A stretch of DNA of 64,000 nucleotides from the NCBI GenBank assembly GCA_963827045.1, contig CAWGZH010000002.1:612520-676519 (forward strand). The letters run 5' to 3'. This document shows positions 17,361 through 24,965 of the stretch, piece by piece. Each line of letters starts with the position of its first letter. The stretch's first letter is position 1. The translations under genes were made by a program, and so were the position numbers. The stretch comes from an uncultured Solirubrobacterales bacterium. Lineage in GTDB: Bacteria; Actinomycetota; Thermoleophilia; Solirubrobacterales; Solirubrobacteraceae. The notes under the pieces were generated by a model. That model saw only the letters and a program-made list of their open reading frames with translations, was not told the DNA's origin and did not search any database.

Positions 17361-18503
17361 TTAGGTTGAGCGCTGGGCGTAGGCGATCCGCCACACGCGC
17401 AGGATGGGAAGTAGAAGCCGGGAGAGCGATCCCCCGTGGGCGAGTAGGAGGCGCGTGCTGTCTCGCAAGGCGGGTGACCACGCGCTGTCCTTTGACAAAT
17501 ACATGGCGGCCATGCAGGCAACGATGAGAACGTGCCGCTCGCTGTCTGCCAGCTCGTGTGCCTCTTGCATGGAGCGGCTCAGGAGCGCCGCTGTGCGTCG
17601 GGTCGCGAACTCCACCGTCGGGTAATGCGCGACGTAGCTGTGATCGCCGTTGATCTCATCCTCGGCCTGATCGACGTAGCTGTCGAGCATCGTCGTGGCC
17701 CCCGAAATCCACGGGAAGTACGCCCGGTGAACACGAGTGATCTCCGTGTCGGCGAGGGAGGACTTCGTGGCGAGCGCGAAAAGCGCATGGACGGTCAGCG
17801 ACGCGCTTGCCGCGCCGGTCAGCTCGAACCACATCGCCTCGTGGCCACCGGGGAACTCCTGGCGTGCCCACCCCCGCAAGGTGGCGTCACGACGCTCGCC
17901 GTCAAGGTCGTGGTTGATCGCGAGGACTTGGGCTCGGGTGGCCTCCTGGATCAGCAGCGGCTGCACAGCCGCAAAGGACGGCAGCCGCCGGCACGCCGAG
18001 CGGCACTCCCTGACAAGACTGTCGAGGTAGCCGCCGTCGTTGCTCCACGGGTGATACCGGTAATAGTCAGAGAGCGGTGTATCCGGTTCCAGCGCGTCGA
18101 TGAGAGCTAAGTGCAACTGGCGGCCGTTTACCACACCCCTCTCGGCGCCGTGCTCATTGACACTGTCCAAAAAGTCCCACATGATCTCGTAGGCAACGAG
18201 AAGGCGCAGGAGGTTCGTGTCGCGCGCCCTCGGCAGGATGCAGAACAGGGCGGCGCCGTCGGTGTGACCCCTCTTGCGGGCGAGAGAGCTGAGCGCGTCC
18301 TGCCGGATCGCGGCGGCCGGTATAGCTGTCGCGCGGGCTCTCCAGTAGTGAACCTCGCGTGCGACTGCCGGGAGAGCCCAAGCCAGCTCTCGCGTCGCCG
18401 CTTGCGCGAGGACGCGCAATTGCCGTGTTTTTAGTGAAGCAGGCTGCGGGTGCCGTGTCCGCCGGGACTCAGCTTGCGGTGCGGGTTTTGGCTGTGGGCA
18501 CAC
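17361..18503 (-). CDS. YtpB/DUF2600-like (tetraprenyl-beta-curcumene synthase family) terpene synthase
   Basis: IP...RQDALSSL..KRGH..GAALF, YEIMWDFLDSVNE and LDSYVDQAED...DHSYVAHY resemble YtpB Asp-rich metal-binding motifs. Start uncertain. Confidence 0.8.
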   Translation of the reverse strand: MCPQPKPAPQAESRRTRHPQPASLKTRQLRVLAQAATRELAWALPAVAREVHYWRARATAIPAAAIRQDALSSLARKRGHTDGAALFCILPRARDTNLLRLLVAYEIMWDFLDSVNEHGAERGVVNGRQLHLALIDALEPDTPLSDYYRYHPWSNDGGYLDSLVRECRSACRRLPSFAAVQPLLIQEATRAQVLAINHDLDGERRDATLRGWARQEFPGGHEAMWFELTGAASASLTVHALFALATKSSLADTEITRVHRAYFPWISGATTMLDSYVDQAEDEINGDHSYVAHYPTVEFATRRTAALLSRSMQEAHELADSERHVLIVACMAAMYLSKDSAWSPALRDSTRLLLAHGGSLSRLLLPILRVWRIAYAQRST

Positions 18504-21018
18504 GCACGATGAGGTATCCCGGTAGGGCTATTAGTATGAGAGCGGTTGCGGTGAGAAATATGAACGTGGTCAGGGCGGTGACTGGTTCGATGTTGAGGCT
18601 TGTGGGGAATCCCGTGACGGTTTGCAGCGCGTGGCTGAGTAGGAGCTGCCCGTAGATCCCGAACACCGCACCGGTGAGGCAACCGACCGTAAGCAGTATC
18701 GCCGTTTCCCAAAGCAGCCAGCGCCAGATGACACCCTTCGGGATGCCTTGCCCTCTCAAGTCCTCCATCAACTTTCGGTGTTCTGAGATGAGTGAGCCGA
18801 GTGCGGCGAGCATTGCGATGATTGCGGCGATGAGGACGAGTACCCGGATTTGTGTGAGGCGGGAGAGTCCTTGGGCGGCGAGCTTGTAGTGCAGTCGCTC
18901 TCGTTCGCTAGCGGTTTGGACTGTGAGGCCGGTGTTGGGGCCGAGGGCGGCTTGTGCCTCGCGGCGGACTGTGCCAGGGGCCACGCCTGGGGTGGTGTGG
19001 ATCTCGTATGCGCTTGGGTCTGTTGAGGCCCAGGCTGTGGCGTAGTCTTGGCTGTTGAGGACGATCGCTCCTGGTGGCCATCCGAGGTTCGTTGTCAGCG
19101 CCGCGACACGGAACGTCTCAGGTCGTGGTGAGGGGAGCGTGAACGCCTCCCCGACACGCAAATGATTTTCGTCGGCGAGGGCTTGGGAGAGCGCCACCCA
19201 TCCGTGTTCTTTCAACCGGCGTGTAGCCACGGTCAGGTTGCCACCGGTGATCTCGCTCGCCGGGATCGGCGCACTGCTTTCCGCTGGTGGGGCGAGGACC
19301 CACACCCTGCGCGGGCCCCAATCAAGAAAGCTCCCGCGGTAAACACCGACCCCATTCACACCGGGCAGAGCCGCGAGCCGGTGGGCGGCCGTAGGGTCGG
19401 TGAAGGGTGTCGTCGCGAACGCGTTCGTTTCACCACGCGTACTGACCCAAACATCAGCCGTCGAGTCAATGTCATGTGCTGAACTGTCAAGGCCGTGCTG
19501 AAGATTGCGCTGCGCACCACTACTCGCCACGACCGCGAACACAGCCACACCCCCGATCGCCACAACCGCAAGCGAGAGCACACGGGTCTTGGGGCTACGC
19601 AAAATTGTGGCCGCTATGTCAGGAGACGCACGATTGAGAACGGGCTGCAGGAGCTCAAACGCGTTGACCGCCGCGCTGAATACAAACGGCAGCCCACACA
19701 GAAGGGCGATCACCAAAGTGAAGCTGCCCAGCGTTGATGCTGCGGGCGCGAGAAACAAGATGACAGTTGTGGCCGCGAGGCTCACGATTCCCGCGATGAG
19801 CCGGGCGGCGGTCCAAGAGCTTTGAGGCGCTCGGCGTTGGCGGTCGGTCCTGAACACGTCACGCAACGGCCAGAGGACTCCGACAAACGCGGCGATTGTC
19901 CCGGCCAGGACAGCGACCACAACGCTCTGCCAATCGATAATCCTGGCATCGCCGACCGGAAACGCGAAGGACAGATAGCCGGGCGTGGAGTGAAGGACCG
20001 CGACGGACACGATGTCGCCGAGCACCAGGCCGATCGCGCACGCAAGGACGCTCAATACCACTGCGTCGAAGGAGAGGCTTTGCAGCAGCATCTTTGAATT
20101 CGCGGACTCTAGTTGCAGGATCGCGAGTACCCGTCGTCGTCGTGGGACGGTGATGAGGATGGCGCAGAGGGCGAGCATGAAGCCGACGATTGCGCTGATG
20201 ACGGAGAACAGTGTCTCGCTCTGGTTCTCCGGTGACTCCGCGACAGCGAACAGGCGGGCGTCGAAGCTCGCTGGCTCCAAGTTCACATTCCACACCCGTG
20301 CCTGCTCGCGGAGCCCTTCAAGCACTTGATGCGTATGTCCTGGCTCGGCTTGAACGAACACGCGGGTCACACGGTGGCGCATGCTGGTGAGCTGTTGGGC
20401 GTAGAGGATGGGTGCGATCAGCACCGGGCTGTTCACGAGGCTCCCGATATCACGCCTGGCGAGCACGGTCCCGAACAGGGTGGGGATGATCCTCGCCCCG
20501 ACCTGCACGCTCACAGTTTCAAGGGGTCCCGCCCCGATCCCTGCTGCTACGGGTTCGGGGAGCGCGATCGTTTCGAACTTCGCGAGCGTTGAGGGCTTGA
20601 ACCTTTTCAACGACGGGCTGCTGAAATGCTCAAACCTTGGGTCCACACCAACAAGATCAACAGCACGCCTCCGCCCCGTAGGACCGATCACTGCTGCCGG
20701 GTACTCCAAGATCGGCAACGCCACCCTCACACCCCGAACACGCCGCGCATCGAGCAGCAGGTCTTCGCTGACACCATTCGGGCCGCGCGCCATCAACTGA
20801 AACTGAGCACGCCCCACGACCTGGCTACTCAACGCCCGCACCGACCCCGACAGGCTCGTGCTCGCTACCTGGGAGGCGAACAACAAACCCACCCCAATCG
20901 CAATCCCAGCCACCGCAAACAAATCCAACAACACCACACGCCGCGACCCAAACCGCAAACGAAACAACCCCAACACACCACCCACACCCAGCGACCACGA
21001 CCGGCGACGCTGTGTCAT
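18469..21018 (-). CDS. FtsX/MacB-like ABC permease, 849 aa
   Basis: Same architecture as 12821-15367; close paralog at 53769-56318. Confidence 0.88.
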   Translation of the reverse strand: MTQRRRSWSLGVGGVLGLFRLRFGSRRVVLLDLFAVAGIAIGVGLLFASQVASTSLSGSVRALSSQVVGRAQFQLMARGPNGVSEDLLLDARRVRGVRVALPILEYPAAVIGPTGRRRAVDLVGVDPRFEHFSSPSLKRFKPSTLAKFETIALPEPVAAGIGAGPLETVSVQVGARIIPTLFGTVLARRDIGSLVNSPVLIAPILYAQQLTSMRHRVTRVFVQAEPGHTHQVLEGLREQARVWNVNLEPASFDARLFAVAESPENQSETLFSVISAIVGFMLALCAILITVPRRRRVLAILQLESANSKMLLQSLSFDAVVLSVLACAIGLVLGDIVSVAVLHSTPGYLSFAFPVGDARIIDWQSVVVAVLAGTIAAFVGVLWPLRDVFRTDRQRRAPQSSWTAARLIAGIVSLAATTVILFLAPAASTLGSFTLVIALLCGLPFVFSAAVNAFELLQPVLNRASPDIAATILRSPKTRVLSLAVVAIGGVAVFAVVASSGAQRNLQHGLDSSAHDIDSTADVWVSTRGETNAFATTPFTDPTAAHRLAALPGVNGVGVYRGSFLDWGPRRVWVLAPPAESSAPIPASEITGGNLTVATRRLKEHGWVALSQALADENHLRVGEAFTLPSPRPETFRVAALTTNLGWPPGAIVLNSQDYATAWASTDPSAYEIHTTPGVAPGTVRREAQAALGPNTGLTVQTASERERLHYKLAAQGLSRLTQIRVLVLIAAIIAMLAALGSLISEHRKLMEDLRGQGIPKGVIWRWLLWETAILLTVGCLTGAVFGIYGQLLLSHALQTVTGFPTSLNIEPVTALTTFIFLTATALILIALPGYLIVRVPTAKTRTAS

Positions 21019-21731
21019 GCGTGCTGCCTGTCGGTGTCTGCGATGGGGACGAGGGAGTAGCGGGGTTGATACTCCTGAAGTCGTCCGTCACACAGTTCGT
21101 GGATGCGATCGGCAAAGCTCGCGACCATTAGATCGTGCGTGGTGAGCAGCACTGTCACGCCTCGCTCCGCGCAGCTCTCGCGGAGCATTTGGAGAACTTC
21201 GACAGTGCGGTCGGTGTCAAGGCTCCCCGTCGGCTCGTCCGCCAGCACGAGTCGCGGTTCGGTTGATAGAGCGCGCGCGATCATGACCCGTTGCCGCTCG
21301 CCCATTGAGAGCTCCTCGGTGCGATGGTCGAGGCGGTCCCCGAGACCGAGTTGGATCATCAGCGGTTCGATCGTGGCGCTCGCCTCCCGCGCTTTGCTGA
21401 GCAGCAGTCGGATCGAGGCGGTCTTGATCGCCTTTATGCCTGGGAGCATCATCTCGGGCGACGCGACGACACCGATCTGCTTTAGCCGGTATTCGTCCAG
21501 GTCTCCTCCGGAGAGCCCGCCGATGTCCTGTCCGTTCACGAGCACCGTGCCGCTGTCAGCCCGTTCCTTCGCGGCGATGATTTCGGTGAGTGTCGTCTTG
21601 CCGGAGCCGCTTGGCCCATACAACGCGACGAACTCGCCGTCGGCGACGGTCATCGACACGCCGTCGAGCGCGCGGATCGGGTCGCCCTTCCCGACTTGGT
21701 AGTGCTTGACAAGGTTTCGCAGCTCGAGCAC
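21015..21731 (-). CDS. ABC exporter ATP-binding subunit
   Basis: GPSGSGKT, LSMGERQRV, VLADEPT, TTHD; ATGA overlap with the permease. Confidence 0.92.
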   Translation of the reverse strand: MLELRNLVKHYQVGKGDPIRALDGVSMTVADGEFVALYGPSGSGKTTLTEIIAAKERADSGTVLVNGQDIGGLSGGDLDEYRLKQIGVVASPEMMLPGIKAIKTASIRLLLSKAREASATIEPLMIQLGLGDRLDHRTEELSMGERQRVMIARALSTEPRLVLADEPTGSLDTDRTVEVLQMLRESCAERGVTVLLTTHDLMVASFADRIHELCDGRLQEYQPRYSLVPIADTDRQHA

Positions 21732-21733
21732 GG

Positions 21734-22465
21734 TTATCCGTGCCCACGTCTAGCGTGGAGGCGAGTCTCGTTCAGTCGAAGGACGGTTTTGTCTTTGGGG
21801 GTGATGGTGGCTGCGTCGAGGGAGAGGACGCGGTTGGCGATGAGGAGTGCGTCGTGCTCGGAGGAGGCAGCGAGGACGGCTGAGCCGCACTCCTCCGCCA
21901 GTTCAAGCAGCAGCTCTCCGGCGTGGCGTGTGCCTGTCGGTCCGAGCCTGTCGAGTAGGTCATCGACGATCATCAGGCGCGGGCGGCGGACGAATCCTTT
22001 CGCGTAGGCGACCAACACCTGCTCCCAGTCGGAGAGCTGCCCCCATTGCTGTTTTGCGCAGTGGGCGATACCGACGCGCTCCAGCGCTTCGACCGCGAGA
22101 TCGGTCGCCTCGCGCATCCCGCGACCCGCCGACACCGGGAGCGCCACATATTTCGCGACTTCGAACTCCTCCACCCCGCCACGGTGCATCCAAGCGACGC
22201 GGTCTTTGCGCAAGTCCACACGCTGATCGCCCGAAAGCGACGCGAGGCTCTGACCCTCGATGAACACTTGCCCCTCAGCAGGCTCAAGCAATCCCGCCGC
22301 GACTTCCAACAACGTCGTCTTACCGGTGCCCGGCGCGGCGTGCACGCCGACGACCTCACCGGGCGCGACCGTCAACCCGACATCCTCCAACACCCGCCAA
22401 CGGCGTTTGCCACGCCGAACAAACACCCCAACACCGTCCAACACTAGGGACGGTTCAACGTGCAT
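21734..22465 (-). CDS. Degenerate ABC ATPase-like protein, copy 1
   Basis: Walker A HAAPGTGKT, signature LSDWE, Walker B MIVDD, no H-loop His (AASSE). Confidence 0.75.
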   Translation of the reverse strand: MHVEPSLVLDGVGVFVRRGKRRWRVLEDVGLTVAPGEVVGVHAAPGTGKTTLLEVAAGLLEPAEGQVFIEGQSLASLSGDQRVDLRKDRVAWMHRGGVEEFEVAKYVALPVSAGRGMREATDLAVEALERVGIAHCAKQQWGQLSDWEQVLVAYAKGFVRRPRLMIVDDLLDRLGPTGTRHAGELLLELAEECGSAVLAASSEHDALLIANRVLSLDAATITPKDKTVLRLNETRLHARRGHG

Positions 22466-23060
22466 CCGGCTCCTCAGGCTCCTCAAGCAGCAGCCCGGGG
22501 CCGCGTTTTTCGAGCATCTGCCTCGTCTTTTTGAGTTCGTCCACGCGGGCGCTTCTCGACGCCACAGCCTGCCTGTGGACGACGTAGCGCATGAGACCAC
22601 GGAACTCCGAGCTGTCGGCCGAACCGAACGCGCCGCGTCTTCGTTCCTTGTTGAGTTTCTGCCGCGCGGCGTCTCGTGCCTCGCAGGCGTCCTCCTCCTT
22701 CTCTTTGAGCACTTCAAGGATCTTCGGGATTTCGCTCTCGTCCGCGTGTTCAATCCAGAGCAGCATTCCGTCGCGATCCGGTGGGGGCTCACGGGCGATT
22801 TCCTCGGCCCAGCGACGAAGCTCAACCAGGCCCGCGTCGGTCAGCTCATAGATGTCTTCGGATTTCTGGGAGCCCTCCTCGATGAGATGAATCAGGCCCT
22901 GCCGGGCGAGGCGGACTGTGTTTTTGTAGGCCACCGACCGCGACCATTCTTCCTCCGGGTGCTCGACCTCGAGGCGGGCCCTGATGTGCACGGGGCTCCC
23001 CGGTCGATCGACCAATAGCCTGAGAACCGCCAGGTCTGCGTGTGGTCTTCGCTTAGCCAT
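22455..23060 (-). CDS. PadR-family regulator with C-terminal coiled coil
   Basis: LAVLRLL, AYKNTVRLARQGLI, IYELTDAG..EL.RW. Confidence 0.8.
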   Translation of the reverse strand: MAKRRPHADLAVLRLLVDRPGSPVHIRARLEVEHPEEEWSRSVAYKNTVRLARQGLIHLIEEGSQKSEDIYELTDAGLVELRRWAEEIAREPPPDRDGMLLWIEHADESEIPKILEVLKEKEEDACEARDAARQKLNKERRRGAFGSADSSEFRGLMRYVVHRQAVASRSARVDELKKTRQMLEKRGPGLLLEEPEEPDAR

Positions 23061-23270
23061 CCGAGCCGTCGATCGTAGCCCAAAACGGGGCGATTGTACG
23101 CCCATACAGAATTGTTCGTTCTGCCCGACAGGCGAGTGCTGACGGGCGCAACCGCGCGCCACCAAGCAGCACCAGTCAGAAACACCGGCCACGAACCTCA
23201 CGCCCAAGCAAGCGGAGAAGCCCCATGCCAACACACGCCCCAGGTTGGGCAGGCGCCCCGGTGAGCCCAC

Positions 23271-23975
23271 TCAAGCCGAAGCGGAGAAGCTCACCACTTT
23301 CCTTGCCTTCGGGGTGATGGTGCCCGCGTCGAGAGAGAGGACGCGGTTGGCGATGAGGAGTGCGTCGTGCTCGGATGAGGCAGCGAGGACGGCTGAGCCG
23401 CACTCCTCCGCCAACTCAAGCAGCAGCTCCCCGGCTAGGCGTGTGCCTGTCGGCCCGAGCCTGTCCAGCAGATCATCGACCACCATCAAGCTGGGGCGGC
23501 GGACAAAGCCTTTCGCGAACGCGACCAACACCCGCTCCCAATCTGAGAGCTGCCCCCACTGCTGTTTTGCGCAATGGGCGATACCCACACGCTCCAACGC
23601 CTCGACCGCGAGATCGGTCGCCTCCCGCATCCCCCGACCCGCCGACACCGGGAGCGCCACAAACCTCGCGACTTCGAACTCCTCCACCCCACCACGATGC
23701 ATCCAAGCGACGCGATCTTTGCGCAAGTCCACACGCTGATCCCCCGACAGCGACGCGAGACTCTGACCCTCGATGAACACTTGCCCCTCAGCAGGCTCAA
23801 GCAATCCCGCCGCGACTTCCAACAACGTCGTCTTACCGGTGCCCGGCGCGGCGTGCACGCCGACGACCTCACCGGGCGCGACCGTCAACCCGACATCCTC
23901 CAACACCCGCCAACGGCGTTTGCCACGCCGAACAAACACCCCAACACCGTCCAACACCAACACGGGTTCACCCAC
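23271..23975 (-). CDS. Degenerate ABC ATPase-like protein, copy 2
   Basis: Near-identical to 21734-22465; GGAGG RBS before the GTG start. Confidence 0.75.
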   Translation of the reverse strand: MGEPVLVLDGVGVFVRRGKRRWRVLEDVGLTVAPGEVVGVHAAPGTGKTTLLEVAAGLLEPAEGQVFIEGQSLASLSGDQRVDLRKDRVAWMHRGGVEEFEVARFVALPVSAGRGMREATDLAVEALERVGIAHCAKQQWGQLSDWERVLVAFAKGFVRRPSLMVVDDLLDRLGPTGTRLAGELLLELAEECGSAVLAASSEHDALLIANRVLSLDAGTITPKARKVVSFSASA

Positions 23976-24107
23976 CACAAACCTCCGATATGGATAGGCA
24001 CAGCTATACCGCATACCGGTTAGAGAGCGACGGCTCGGGTTTGTGTAAATCCCGATGCTGCTGGTTATAGGTTGCTTATCTGTGCGCGGGAGGCCGCGCG
24101 ATCCTGC

Positions 24108-24584
24108 TTACTTCGCAGCCGGTGCTGGTGCCTTTGGATGCCAGCCACGGCCTCGCTTGACCACCGAGCCTGCCTCCACCAACACGGGGAGCACCCTGTA
24201 GAAGTAGGTGGGCTTGATCCCCAATCGCGGAGCCATCTCGGGGATCGTGATGCCCGGCTTCTCGGTGATGAGAGCAAGCGTTTCAGCGGCACGCTTACCG
24301 CTGCCCTTCGGCCGTCCCGTCCGACCCTTGCGCGCGGCCTTCGCCGGCCTGCCGGGCTTCGCGGTCGCTGTCCGCTTAGCCGAAGACTTCCCACCTCGCG
24401 GACGGCCCGGCCCGCGGCGAGCTGGCGCAGGCGAAGAAGCGGTAGCGGCTGCGCCGTTGGCTGACGGGATACCGGCCAGCGCCTTCGCAGCGGCTTGCAG
24501 ATAGCTGTACTCATCGACAAGCGGCTTCAGCTCGGCAAGCCTCTTGGCGATCTCGTCGCGCTTGGTCTCTAGGAAATCGGGCAC
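24108..24584 (-). CDS. Putative nucleoid-associated protein (coiled coil, AT-hook-like GRP motifs, wHTH)
   Basis: GGGAG RBS + GTG; KRDEIAKRLAELKPLVDEY helix; GRPRG, PGRPAK, TGRPKG; PGITIPEMAPRLGIKPTYFYRVL HTH. Confidence 0.7.
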   Translation of the reverse strand: MPDFLETKRDEIAKRLAELKPLVDEYSYLQAAAKALAGIPSANGAAATASSPAPARRGPGRPRGGKSSAKRTATAKPGRPAKAARKGRTGRPKGSGKRAAETLALITEKPGITIPEMAPRLGIKPTYFYRVLPVLVEAGSVVKRGRGWHPKAPAPAAK

Positions 24585-24682
24585 GGTGTTCGCTCCCTTC
24601 CGCGTTCGGGTGTAGCGCGAGCCTATACAGGATGCGCGAACCCGTCCACTGCCTACGCCGCTACCCGTCGGTGAGCGCGCAA

Positions 24683-24726
24683 CCGCTCGTATTCGGCCGG
24701 GCTGACAAGCACCGCGAGGGCCTCGC
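24683..24726. repeat. 44-bp exact direct repeat, second copy at 30759-30802 inside the antitoxin gene
   Basis: CCGCTCGTATTCGGCCGGGCTGACAAGCACCGCGAGGGCCTCGC is identical at both sites. Confidence 0.9.
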
Positions 24727-24965
24727 ATTTGGCGTCGAAGGCTAGATGTCTGGACACGGATGATCCACAACGCGCTGCTCGTCAACCCGCTCGTCACGCG
24801 CAACGGACCGACACGCACCGGCAGACGACGCTCGAGCGGCGCGAGACAGGGCTAGTGGTCTGGGCTTCTGCGATTGATGAGCGAAGCAGGAGCATGGCGC
24901 GTGCGTTGGGATCGTGTTTGGACGCCTTTGTGGCTTTCTGCATCGGTGTAGACTTGCTGGACGAC

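Noticed and set aside
20870-21000. CA-rich low-complexity tract (also at 36310-36420)
   Set aside because: Reverse complement of the Val/Gly/Leu-rich first TM segment of the permease, not a separate repeat.
24729-24965. N-terminal extension of the RCC1 protein
   Set aside because: Not signal-like; a plausible signal peptide starts at 24966.
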